DNA from: Raillietiella orientalis
Lineage: Eukaryota
Length of the DNA stretch: 64,000 nt
Direction: 5' to 3'
NCBI GenBank assembly: GCA_036172245.1
Contig: JAYWIR010000008.1
Location: forward strand, 3,534,001 to 3,598,000
Both the position numbers and the translations under genes were made by a program. Within the stretch, counting starts at the first letter, position 1. Each line of letters starts with the position of its first letter. This document shows positions 10,952-23,252 of this stretch, one piece after another. The notes under the pieces were generated by a model. It worked only from the letters and a program-made list of their open reading frames with translations, had not been told where the DNA came from and did not search any database.

Positions 10952-12210
10952 AAGGTGTAGGATGTAGGGAGTTGTAGAGGGTGGCTGGGTATCTACCCTG
11001 ACCGTGGCACACAACCGTCACATGCGAGATGTTGAGCCCCGGGAGCGCGGCGCGGTAGGCCTGTCGTCCATCTCGCTTGCGTCTGCAGATCGGACTGGAA
11101 GACGTGGCGGTGTCTTGGAGGCAAGGAGCGCGGGGAAGGCAGGGGGGGGGGGGGGGGAGTATGGAAATCGAACCCTCCTAAGAAGCGGTTTCGCGCCTGC
11201 CGACGGGGGAACGCCCGCCGCGCTGCTCCTGCCTCCGAGGGCGAAGGGACAGCGGCCGCCTTTTGCGAGCCGCCGGACTCTTTTCCGGGAGCCGGCCGGG
11301 GATACGGGAGAAAGCGCAGCGCCGGCCCTCCTCCTCAAGCATCGCACCCACGCCCCTCCGTTTTCACGGTAACCCTTCCTTCCCTTCCCCAACGCAGCTC
11401 CTTCCCTGCTCCCACCGGTTTCCGGTGGCTCCTGGAAACGGAGGCCGACTCGACCCTCTTTCGCCCGCCCCAAGGACTCTCCCCACCCCAAAGACCACTG
11501 AGGACGAAGGCGAAGCGTTCGGCGAGAGCCGCCCTGGCAGCGGCGCGGGGTGACTGCCGGGACCCCCCCTTCCCCCGCCCTTCCGGCAAGCCCGCGACCC
11601 CTCGCCTGCAGGCAGCCAGAGCATCGTCCGACTTTTCCTCTCCTTCCTCCCGAGGGAGGACCGGACGCCGGCGGCTGAGGGGGGACGGAAAAGCGGGCAA
11701 CGGAAGAGTTGTCGTCCCGGGGCAGGCCAGCGTCAGCAAGAACGACAGCTCCAGGGCGTGAAGGAGCGGAAGGCTCTCCTCGCCTTCGACTCCCCTCCTC
11801 CCCGTCCGTGTCTCCAGAAATCACAGAAGCGACGTGGATGGAACACCAATCTGTATTTCAGATTTTCTCTCAACGACACACAGTTTGCTCACAAGACGAT
11901 TCTGGTTGCAACGCAACGACACTTCTGTATGTATAAAAAAACAAAAAAAAAAAGAGGAGGAGGAAGAAAAGGGCTGCACGTGCCCAAGTCGCAGCGGGGA
12001 CCAACCGGATGTCCTCGTTCAAAGGGATGGGGAAGGATGGGGGGGGGGGGAGCGGGGCGGTCAGTCAGCTGGGGTCACCTTGCTACCACGAAGAGAAAGG
12101 GCTGCTGGGGAAGGGGCGCGGACAGGAGAGGGACCTCCAGCTCGGGCTGCTGACTCTGCCTCTGCCCGAGGGGCGAGAGGGGAGGCACGGCGGAACGGGG
12201 AGCATCCTCC

Positions 12211-12238
12211 CGTCGTCGTCGTCGTCGTCGTCGTCGTC
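12211..12238. repeat. (CGT)9 microsatellite
   Basis: Read directly. Confidence 0.9.
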
Positions 12239-13196
12239 AGGTGCGCGCCCCCCGGCGCCGAGGCGGGGCAGCAGCAGCGGCGAGGCAAAGGGCGGCTCGC
12301 GGACACGGCCTGCCCCCCTTTACCCCCAGTGGGAGGGGTGAAGCAGGAAGAGCAGCTTGAGGGGAGGACAAAGCAGAACAACAAAAATGCAACAACAACA
12401 ACGGAAAGAGCGGCGGAGGGAGGGAAAGGAGGGAGGAGGAGTTCGAACCACTGCGGAGGGCGTGGGCGGGGAGCCGCCCTTCCCGCCGCCGCCGGCGAGG
12501 ACCGGCGCACGGAAGCGGAAGAGGGAAGAGGCGGTCGCGCGCGTGGAGCAGGAGCTCGGGGGGAGAAGGAAGCGCGACCCGGGCGGCGTCCGCCTGAAGC
12601 GCCCGAGGCCGTCGCGGACAGAAGCTGCTGGAGGACTAGCGTCAGGGCGGCGGGACGCGGGAAAGAGGAAGGGGGGCCGGAGGGGAAGGGGGCACGGGCG
12701 ATTCTCGGCATGCGCCCGGGGAAGCGGGAGGAAGGGGGAGGAGGAAAGAGACGAGGAGACCTCCCCCCTTACCCGGTGCTCCTTCTGCCCGCGGTGGGTC
12801 CCCACCACCCCACCCAACGACAGCAGCGGGCTCGCAGCAGACCCGAAGAGAGCGAATCGAAGGAACCGCCAGACCGGAAAAGATCTGTCAAGCTTCTGCT
12901 GGTCTCCTTTCCACCTCTCGGGGATCGAGAGGGGTGGGTGGGAAGCTAGGGGGTGGGGTGGGGAGGAGAGGGAAGGTCTGCTCCCTCTGGACTTTCCTTA
13001 CGAGTGCGCCCGCGCGTGCACGCGGGCGTGGCTGTTACCCTTTCCCTTATCGAACAGGAGAGGAGGAGGAGGAGGAAGAAGAGAACCAGGGGATCGAGGA
13101 GTGGGTGGGAGGGGGGGGAGGGAGAGTGCAGGGGTGGAGGAGCAGAAAAGGGCCTTTCTCCCTCCCCCTGTTTTTTCCTCTTCGTGTGCGTGTGCG

Positions 13197-13222
13197 TCTC
13201 TCTCTCTCTCTCTCTCTCTCTC
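13197..13222. repeat. (TC)13 microsatellite just 3' of the Hr4 stop
   Basis: Read directly. Confidence 0.9.
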
Positions 13223-13339
13223 TTCCTGTCAGGGGAGGGTGGGAGGGGATGGGGAATAAAGGCGGAAGGCCACTCGCCGGAGCGAGAGGCGTCCAGTTCC
13301 CGTTTGGCACGGAGGAGGAGGGGAAGGAGGCGGCTCCCG

Positions 13340-16300
13340 CTAGTTAGAGTTGAGTAGGAACGGGACGTAGAACATCTTGCTCTCCAGCAGGAGCGACGCG
13401 GCGTCTTCCACCTGCGGAAGTATCAAAAAAGGAGGGAGAAAGTGCTCGTTCGCTTCCGGCGTCCCCACTCGGCGCCTTTCACCCCCCTCCTCACCTCCGG
13501 GAGCCTGTTCATCAGGTCCTGGAACCGGTTCTTCTGGTGTGGGAACCTCTTCTGGGAGAAGACCTTCAGGCACGCGAGGTATCTCTCCCGGATCACCGCG
13601 AGCTCTTTGGGCGGCTGCTTGGCTGCGGGGAGGAGGCGGGTGAGAGGGAGGAAGGCGGTTCCTCCACCACCCCCCACCCCGTCCGCCCCGTTCCCCTTTT
13701 CCCGGACCCGCGCGTTACCGTGAGAGACCATGGCGATGACCTTGAGGCACACGTATTCCTCCATCTGGATGTTGAGCTTGTGCAGAGTGACCGTCAGCCG
13801 GGTCAGTTTCTCTACCATCGCGCCCACCTCCTCTCTCAGCTGCTCGCTGGAGATGGGGCGCCCCATCATGGAGCTGAGGCACGCCTGCAGGGTGTGCAGG
13901 CTAGAAGATACCTGGAAGGGAAAAAGGGGGGAGATGAGGGAAGGACCTCAGGATGAGGGCTCGAGGGTCGGGAGGTGGCTTCGGGCTCGACCCCGGGAGG
14001 AGCGGTGGAACCCACCTCTTCGAAGAAGTCGACGTCTCCGCGCGCTTCCTCCCGCTTCGTCTTCAGCCGGTACATGACACGGTAACCGGAAGTGGTCAGG
14101 ACCAGGAGTTCGTGCCACTTGTGGGTGAGGAGGCTCGTGTGGACCTGCGGGAGGAGGAGACACCGTGATGCTTTCTCCTGCAAAGGTCGGCTCGCACGAG
14201 CTTCACCTCCAGGGGCAACTCCGAGTAGAATGGCAGCCTCTTGGTCCACTGGACCAACTTGTAGACGATGCAGTCCCCCACCTGGCGCAGCTTGGAGGTC
14301 AGGTCGGATGGATTGTTCAAAAGGTCCTCCATGTTCTGCAAAAAGAGCAGGTCGTGAGGAGAGGTCGCGCTGCGGAGGGGGAAGGCGAGGGAGAGGAGGG
14401 CGTCCGGCGAGTACCCTTAGAGTGGCGACGCTCTCCAGGTCATCACAGTGGACAAGGCTTTCGATCATCTGCTGGGCAGCTTCGAAGGTCAGACCCGCGT
14501 CTCGAACGGGAGCGGCGGCGGCAGCGGCGGGGACGTCGATGCGCTGGCGCAGGTGCAGGATCTGCGCGCTCCTCCCCCGGAGGAAGGTGGGAGGAGGAAA
14601 GATGAGAGCATCCGTCCACCGCGGGAGGATTCCTCCTTTTCCCCGGAGCGGTCCCGCGAGAGGGGGGCTCCTCCTCTTACCTCACTGGGATTAGTCAAAG
14701 CGGTTTTCAAGATCTGCCCGTTGGTGATGGGTGGCACGCCGTCCGGGTAGGTCATCTTTGGTTTATCGCTTGCGGGTTTGAGGATGCCGTTCCTCGTCTT
14801 CTTGTGCTTCTTATATTTCACCTTGAAGGGGTGGTTGGGAGGACGAGAACGCTTTAGAACGCTTCGGGAGCGACTGCCACCCAGCCATACCTTGTACAGG
14901 TTGTACACAGCACCGGAATTCCTTCCTCCTGGCATCCGGTCCTCTCGGACAGCTGCCCGGAAACAGAAAGATGCGTTACTCCTTGCCGATGCCGAGACGT
15001 GTCTTCTTGTTACACCCGCACTCCCCGCCTCTCCTCCTCCTCCCTCCGCTCTGTGGGGAAGCAAGGGCAGAGGACAGGGCAGGTGCGGGTGCAAGCTCTC
15101 CCCCACCCCCACGTGCCCGACGGCATCATCAAGGTCGCGCGCGGAGCGCGAGGGTCTCAAGGGAGAGGGAGGGTATGGGAGAGAAGGGATCTTTGGGGAA
15201 GCGTCACAACCTTCGATCGATGTCCGAGGACCACTTCGAAGGAGTCTCGGGCAGATGACGCGGGCACTGCGCGTGCACAGCGCCCGGGAGGCCAGTCGAT
15301 CGAAGCGATGAATCCCCTTTCGCCGCGGGAGCTACGGAACGGTAGCGGGGAACGCACCCTCCGGCTGGTGCCTCTCATTCCCTGCTCCTCCTCCTTCCTT
15401 GAGGTTCTCTACTCCCATCTTAGCTGGCAGCGCGGGGAAGAACCCCTGGGGCGCTGGGCAAGCACATGGCATGCCCCGACTGATAGAGCTCCCCCCTGGG
15501 ATTGCTCCGCAAGAGCCCGCTGCGCACAACGTGCAGAGGAACGGGCGTACCGAAACGCCCCACAAAGGAACGAAGTCGCTCCTGGACGTTCCCGGCCCCT
15601 CAGGATCGAGGAGGGAGACGGGAAGAGGAGGAAAGGTGGGAAGGCGAGTTTTTTTCTTCACCTGCCAGCACCATCCCCTGCTTCAGGCACTTCTGGAACC
15701 TGCAGTACTGGCACCGGTTCCTCTGCGCTTTGGTGATCTCGCAGTTGCCTTCGGCCGTGCACGTGTAGACCCTCTTGTTCTGGACAGTCCTCTTGAAGAA
15801 GCCCTTGCACCTTGGAGGAGAAAAGGGGGTAGGTAGGGGAAGCGGTGAGGAAAAGGTAGGGGGGAGGGGAGGTCGCCCCTACCCTTCGCACGTGATGATT
15901 CCGTAGTGCAGGCCGGTGGCCTTGTCCTCGCAAATCATGCAGATCATCAGCTGCTCGTCGTCGTCCTCGCTGGGCTCGCTGGCGGCAGCAGCAGCGGCAA
16001 CCTCCCTGCCACCGCGCTTCTGAGCCCAGGCGTTGTCTAGGGTCAGGTTCAGGGCCTGGGTCTCCAGGGCTGCCGTGAGGAGACGACCCTGGTTGTTGCT
16101 GCCGGCGACGGCGGCCGTCCTTCCACCGCCGCCAGCGGCACCCCACAGCTTCTCCATTCCTGCCGGAGGCGCCTCCTTGTCCTGGCACGCCTCGAGCAGC
16201 CTGGACATCGGACCGCCTCCTCCTCCTCCTCCGTTGACGGTGTGGTGGGTTTCCTTTGGCATTCCCGCGTCTATCCTCCGCGCCGCGGAGGGAGGCGGAG

Positions 16301-19300
16301 GAGGAGGTGGCGGGGGAGGCAGCAGGAGCTGCTGCTGCTGCTGCTGCTGCTGCTCGTCGCAGCCCTCTCCGGGAGGCGGAAGCGGGCAGCTACCTCCCCC
16401 TCCCGAAAGACCTAGATACCGGGAGGTGCTGTCGGGAGAGGTTTGGTGCTCTGCCCGGGAAGGGAGGTCCTCGAGGGTGCGAGAGCTCCTCTTATCTTGG
16501 GCGAAGAGTTCATCAACGGGTAGGTGCACCGAAGTGTTTTCTATCTGCAGCTCGCGCTGCGGTTGAGGGTCCTGGTAGGAACCAGGAGGGAAGGATGACG
16601 GCGAAGAGAGCTGCTGGTGGTGGTGGTGGTGGTGCTGCTGCTGGTGTGGTTGTTGTTGTTGGTGGTGGTCGGGCGAGGCAGCGGCGGCCCAGACCATCGT
16701 CCGCACCCCTCCCACCTCTCCCAGGATCACTGCGGGCAGGTTCTTCTTGAGGCCGTCGAGCGATGGGGCGCTCCCGAGCGGCTGCTGCTGTTGCAAGGAA
16801 GGCAAGTAGCTGCGGATGATCTCCGGCTTCACGCCGTTGATTTTGTACTGCCAGGATCTGTCCTCGCCGGAGGCCTTGGGTGGGGGTGTCAAGTTCTGCG
16901 AGCAGGAAGCGGCGGCCGGTAGCGCCCTCGAGGAGGAGGAGTGCTGCTGGGGGGGAGAGTTCCACTTGGGCCTGTCCTTGCCGCCTCCAGTGCTCTCCTC
17001 GAAGCAGAAGGGGCCGGAGAAGGAGACGGAGGGAGAGGAGGAGGGAGGAGAGGGGACGCGCAGCAGCAGCCCAGCTACCTCGCCCAGCTCTGCCTTCACG
17101 GGGTGGAAGCCGCCCCCTCCCGCCTTCGGACCCCCTCTAACGCTGTCCCCTTCGTCCTTCGCATAGTCTTGGGAAGCGGCGGCCCTGCCATCTGCGCCCG
17201 GGACACCCTGGCTCAGTTCCACGGCGGAAAGGGCATAGCCCAGCTCCCTGCTGGCGGGTGTCAGCAGCGGGCGTTCCGTGTCCAGGAAACCCAGTTCCGG
17301 GGTGAACCTAAGAGCGACCCTTCCTTCAGGAGGAGCGCCGGGGAAGGGGAGGAGCGTCGTACCTGTCCTTGAAGGCCGTTGCCACCGGGGATCCAGTGCT
17401 CTCCACCGAGCGTTCGGAGGGAGTCTTTGGCGAGCTGGAGACGTCACCCCCTTTGGCACTGAGAGGGCTGGTCGTCGACGTGTCAGCGATGCTTTCTCCT
17501 GAAAGGAAGGGAGTCGAGGTTGGAGCAGAGGGAAGCTCGCGTGGTCTCTCTTCCTCGTTAGGTTTTCGCCTCACTCAGGGTGGAGGAGTGGAGGGGGGGA
17601 GCGGCAGGGCAGCGCCAGCGTCTCCGATAGCCTCCGGATCTGCTCCGGCAGGGTGTACGGGCCCCAAATGTTCCGGGAGGGGGGGGAAGGGGAGGATGGC
17701 GTGGTGGAGTCAGGGACGCCTCTACTGGTTCGACCCTCGAAGCACAAGGGAGGAGGGAGAGGGGAAAATGTCTCGCTCCCAGATGGAGTGGAGACGAGGG
17801 ACTGCGAAGTCTCTCCCGTTCACCCTCTCGGAGAGCGTGCGACCTCCAGAGAGAAAAGGGAGAACCAGGTCGATCCAGAGGTGGCGGCTGCGGGAGATGC
17901 AGCATCCCGTACTAAACGCCAGCCTTCTCCGAGAGGACGACGAACGAGGCGAGGGCAACCGTGTGTGTGCGTGAGTGAGTAGAGAGGAGTGACCCCCTGA
18001 CCTTGCGAACCCCTTCTCTTTTTCCCCCTTCCTCTTCCTCAAAGTTCTTGCCTTCCCGCCCGGGAGGGAAGGGGAGGGAGAAACGACCGTTCTTGTGAGC
18101 GCGCCCCGGTCGTCTCCATGGACGGGATGAACTTGCGGCAGCATCTGTATCCCTTCGACCTTGGAGCACACTGCGCAGGCCAGGAGTCCGAGTGGAACTC
18201 CCTTAAAAAGAGGGACGGTCCGCTCCTGCCCGAAAGGTCCAGGAGGAGACCAGAGAGCTGAAGAGAAGGGTTCCTATGACCACTCCAAAGGGGCAGTCGG
18301 AAATCAACAGTTGAGTTCGCGACCCACTCTCCCTTTCCCCTCCCTCTCTTCGCCGGCACGGACGACGCCGCAGGCACCCATCTGTCTTTCGAGGCGCTGC
18401 TGGTCCCCTGTCCCTCAAACCCACACCTGTCATCGCACCAGTGCTTTCCGCCACCGCCGCCCCTTTCTGAGACCCCAGAGCAGGAAGGGAAGGACAGGAA
18501 GAAGGAAGAGGAATGGCCGCTGCCTGGTAACCTGGGAAACTCCGCGAGCAGCCGACCTGCCACAGCCTCAGGTCAGTGCAGGACGCTCCATGCAGAGAAG
18601 GATAAGGACAAAATGGAGGGTGGGAAGGGCTTTCTTCTTGTCTCCCACGCTCCCAGCGCATGCAAGAGCGTGCGGGGGTGCTCACCTCCTCCAGCCACAT
18701 CCCCAGGGCACGGAGCCGCACAGGAAACGCGGCAGAGAGGGAACCCTTCCTTCCGAGGGTGGCTGCTAGGACAGAAGGAGAAGGTGATCCACGATCTCCC
18801 CTCTCCTCCCTTCCTCTCCTCGGGCGTACGCGAGCGGAAACGAATGGACAGGTAAGCCTCGAGGAAGGGAGAGAGAAGAAATAGAGAGAGGATCCGGCCG
18901 CTGCATGGAAGTTGCAGGTCCCTCCCGCGAGGCGGAGGGCGCTCGATGACAAAACGGCGGGATAAGTAAGGAGTGAGATCTGTGAGGGAGTTCCGAGAAA
19001 GGAGGAGGGAGGATGGAGAAAGGAACCTTCCCAATCCGCTGCGATTGCGGTTTCTATTGGCACATTAAAGAAGCATCCGCAAATGGCGGTCCATTCGCAG
19101 CTTCGGAGAGGAGGAGGATGAGAAGGGAGGAAGGGAAGAAGAGAGGAGGACAGAAGGGAAGGAGGGAAAGAGGGAGAGGAGGCAGGGAAGTGGAAGAGTA
19201 AGGGAAGAGGAGGAGGTAGGGAGGAAAAAGAGCACGAAGACGAAGGGAAGAGGGTAGCAGGAAAAGAAAGGTCAAGGAAGGGCGAGAAGTATGTCGAGAA

Positions 19301-19544
19301 TGAGGAAGAGGTGGTATTCGTGACTTTTCATCGCGGGTGGATGGACTGATTCTCCTCCTTCCCCTTCCCCCTCCGAACTTTCCGGTCCGCGGACGCGCAG
19401 AGGAAAAGGACTGGGAGGGGTTCTCACCATCAGAACTGCAGCGTGAATCTATTTTCCGTCTCTTCAGTTTCAAGTCCTGGAACAAACTCATCCTATCATA
19501 CTCTTCTCCGGAAAGAGAGGGCAGTGACCAGCCAGTCATAATCC
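13340..19544 (-). CDS. Hr4: Nuclear hormone receptor HR4 (NR6A, GCNF-related); 12 exons here, 940 aa from ATG 19539; 5' end probably extends upstream
   Basis: Exons 19544-19428, 17498-17363, 17307-15883, 15810-15662, 14952-14891, 14821-14681, 14561-14415, 14335-14207, 14144-14016, 13911-13719, 13622-13495, 13411-13340, all GT-AG with consistent phases. HR4 hallmarks: [58 protein letters not shown]4 zinc fingers [87 protein letters not shown]; ligand-binding domain [35 protein letters not shown]-terminus [16 protein letters not shown]. Confidence 0.96.
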
Positions 19545-22500
19545 CTGGAGAGAAAAGACAACAACGGCGTGGATTAGAGGTCGGTGTGCCTAAGCATTCC
19601 GTAAATCATCATCACCATCATAATTAGCCACAACAAAAGAAACAATGACAACAGCAGCAACAATGGCAACAGTTTCGTGCCTTTAGGGGGGCACAAGCGC
19701 GCACACAAAAGGGGGAAGAATAGGGAGGAGGAGGTAGGGGTCAGCCATCAAAAAACACGGGCAGGCGTGCGCACAGTCGTGGAGGCGGTGGTGGTGGTGA
19801 TGGGGAATGTGAAAGGGGCTTCAGAAGCCCCTCCGATCCCACCCCCCCGTCAATCTTTCAGCCTCTTTTTTCTTCTGTTTATCCCTTCCACGCCCCTCCC
19901 CACTCTCCCGTCGTTCTCCCTTAGTTCATCGTCCTTGATTTCTCTGGAAGGGACCATGGCGAGGATCCGCCCGCTCAGGGAAGTCCGCATACCCAGAAAA
20001 GGTGGGGGTGCGTCGCCTCCTGCAGGTCACTCTCTTCGCCCACCTTCCCCAAAAGCAAAGGTCTCCAGCGAGGTCGGACGATGGTTAGGGAGTGGGGGTG
20101 GGGTGAGGGAAACCACCCACTCCCTCGCCCCCATCTGCTGTTCCCGGCTGGAGGGCGCAGAGAAATCGGAGTCCCCACCCCGACCCCTCTCGCGCACCCG
20201 GCCGCCGTCCGGCCTGCTCGCAGAGCAGCGGCGAGGGTGCGACGTGGGCGCGACGCAGGGTCAAGGAGACGATGAGGGGACGGGCGCGGAGCGGTGTAGA
20301 TGGGGACCCCGGGGACTGGGGAGGGAGAGGGGAAGGAAGGGGCGAGAGGAGGAGGGGGACGGGAGGCGCTCCCTGTCTTCTCCCCCTCCTCCGACTGCGC
20401 GCGACGGGGGGCTTCGATTCAGAGCGGCGTCTTTCTGGGTCACCGCGGCCGTGGTGCGAGCGGAGGGCAGCACCACCAGCGGAGCGAAGCCCCGTATGCC
20501 TCGGCAGCGGCGAAGGGGGCGCGTGGGCGGGGGTGGGTAGGGAGGGTGGGAGTGCTTCCTCCTCCCCTCGTGAGGCCGCTCAGGCCTCACGAGGCGCACC
20601 TCCCCGCTCGTCCTCCCCCCTCCCTTCCGTATGATCGCGGCGCACTTGCTCTTCCTCCCTCTCCCTTCTGCGCAGAGACGCGCGCGCAGGGAGATACGGG
20701 AGCAGGAAGGCGCCAGGAACTCCAGAAGTCCCTCCTCATTCCGAGGTGGTTTCATTCCGCACCTCAAAGTCCTCGACATCCCTCGCTCCCCTCTTCCAAC
20801 CGGGCGTCCCGAAACGCCCTCCTTTCCTCCCGTCAGAGTTCCCCGCAGAGGGTGAGGAGGCAGGTCCCGCGGGAGAGATCCGGGACCCCGAGACGGGAAA
20901 AGCTGGCCCACTCGTCGAGATCAACCCCTTTCCTCCCCCAGAAGAGAGGGAGACGGGAGCTCTCCCGCTGCCAAAGTCCCGACGCTACTGCTGCCCGCTC
21001 CGAAGAGTCGCAGCAGGAGGAGCAAGGAGGAGGGGAGCGGGAAGGCGAGGGGGTGCTCGCCACTCACTTGGAACGCTGCCGTCGCTCTCCGCTCTTCCCT
21101 TCCTCCCTTGCCGAGAGAGACCAAAACACTTTGCACCCCAACGCCCTCTCCTTTCCTAACGGGGGGACCACGGCGTGAGGGGGAGGACCCCCCCCCTCAT
21201 CCCTGCCTCTCAACGACACGTCCGCCAAGGAAGGCGGCGAATCGATGCGAACGGACGGCTCTCTGGGTGGGTGGGGGATGACGAGGAAGCGAAAAAGAGG
21301 GGGAAGGGGGGGGGGAGGAACTCGTCGGCCACGAGCCCGGGAGGCTTGGGAGAACCCGGAACGGGTGGAAGGGTAGCGCGGGGGGCTTCCGGGAATCGGG
21401 AACACCTTCGGCGGCTCGCTGGCTGCTGACGGGGAGGAGGAGGAGAAGGAAGCTGCAGAGCGTTTCACCAGAAGGCTCAGGATCTCTCAGGAGCGTCTCT
21501 TTCTCTTGAGACAGGTTCTCACGCACAGCGGAGGGAGGGCCGGGAGCGGGGGGGAGGGGAGAGGGGGGAGGGAGAAGGACAAGAGGGAAGCCACGAGGGG
21601 TTTCGGCAGGTTCCTCCCCTTTCCTTCCCCTCTCCAGGATGACTTCTTGGAGACCACGCCGGCTTGTTTCCTCAGGGAAACTCCCGGCCCACAGCGCCGC
21701 GCGCCCGGAGGGAACGCCTTCCGTCTTTTGAGCGAGCGAGCATGCGCGCGGAACCCGTTGGGGCCCTGGGCGGGGAATCTGGAAGGGTAGAATCGCGTTG
21801 GGCAGGTCGCCGCAAGAGGGCGGAAGGGAGGGAAGCAATGGAAGGGGGCTGGGGAGGATTTCAGCAGGAGAAAAAAAAAAAGAAAAATCCGTTCGAATCC
21901 CCCCACCCTCTCCCTCCTCCTCCTCCTGCTCACGCTCACGCGCGCACCATTCGCAAAAGCGGCAGCGGCTCAGCTCTTCGCGAGCAACCTTTCCCGACCC
22001 AACGACCGTGGGCTCTCGCCCCTGCGGCAGCGGCGCTGCACAGGGGCCTTCTCCGAGACGCGTCGGTCCTCTTTCGGCAGGCGCCTCCCGGGTCCCGGCT
22101 TGCCACTCTGCTTCCGCTAATCACGGAGTGGATCTTCGATCGCAACGATCGCGAGCAAGTTGGGGAAGAAGAAACAACGGGCGACTCTTGCAGCATGCCG
22201 TGACGTCATTCGACGATCAAACGAGAATTGCCGGTTTCGCGTGTGCGCGTATGGCACTTGTGCGTATGCACCTTTTTTTTCTTTTTCTTTTTTTCCTTGC
22301 TTTCCCCTCCCCGTTTGTTTGCTGCGTTCTCACTCAAAAACAAACAAACAAACAAAAGCAACAAAAAGAAAAAAAGAAAGAGAGAATCGAACGATTTCTC
22401 GTGAGATCTTTATGATGACAGAGCGCTCGTGTCGCCTCCGAGTGACGTGCCCGCCTTCGGAGTCAGTCTCGGAAAACTCTCACGCTCGTGTGACCTACAT

Positions 22501-22951
22501 GCATCCTTGCGTCCGTGATGCTTGCTGCTTCCGAAGACGATCTCGGGAGCACGTCCGTTGACGCCGCAAAGCGATCAGCAATCTCAGAAAGCTGCGGCCG
22601 GAGATGGTCCGGGGACGAGAGGAAGCTGGCCTCCGTGCATTCACTAAGAAGAAAAAAGAGGGACCGCCGGTTTGCCCCACCTCTCCTTTTTCTTATGAGA
22701 GAAAGGAGGGGGGCTGGTCCTTGGGAAAGAAGAGCAACAAAAGAGAATGAAATAAAAAAATGGAACTTTGGCAGAAGGGGGGGGGTCGTCTTCAGCTCTA
22801 TCGGGAGTTGACCGAGAGAGGCCGCACGCCTATGCATCTTCCTCCTTTGGATTGCATTCTTTCGGCCATTTCTGGAAATTTTATTTCTCCTCGTGCGCGA
22901 ATCAGTATGGGAAGCGGTTGAAGCGTTCAACAATGGAATACCAGCACTCGT

Positions 22952-23252
22952 GCAACAATGCACGCGATGAGACCGGGGAGGCAACAATGCACGCGAGGAG
23001 ACCGGGAAGACAACAATGCACGCGAGGAGACCGGGAAGGCAGCAATGCACGCGAGGAGACCGGGAAGGCAGCAATGCACGCGAGGAGACCGGGAAGGCAA
23101 CAATGCACGCGAGGAGACCGGGGAGGCAACAATGCACGCGAGGAGACCGGGGAGGCAACAATGCACGCGAGGAGACCGGGGAGGCAACAATGCACGCGAG
23201 GAGACCGGGAAGGCAACAATGCACGCGAGGAGACCGGGGAGGCAACAATGCA
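22952..23252. repeat. 29-bp minisatellite, 10 full copies plus an 11-bp partial
   Basis: Unit GCAACAATGCACGCGAGGAGACCGGG(G/A)AG starts at 22952, 22981, 23010 and so on to 23242. Copies are head-to-tail with no spacers. Confidence 0.97.

Noticed and set aside
13255..13260. AATAAA near the Hr4 stop
   Set aside because: It is on the + strand, the wrong orientation for Hr4.
21891..21900. GTTCGAATCC, tRNA T-loop/B-box-like
   Set aside because: No cloverleaf or A-box surrounds it.
22952..23252. CRISPR-like array of 29-bp repeats, and the repetitive ORFs across it
   Set aside because: There are no spacers and no cas genes, and the context is eukaryotic. The ORFs exist only because the unit lacks stop codons.
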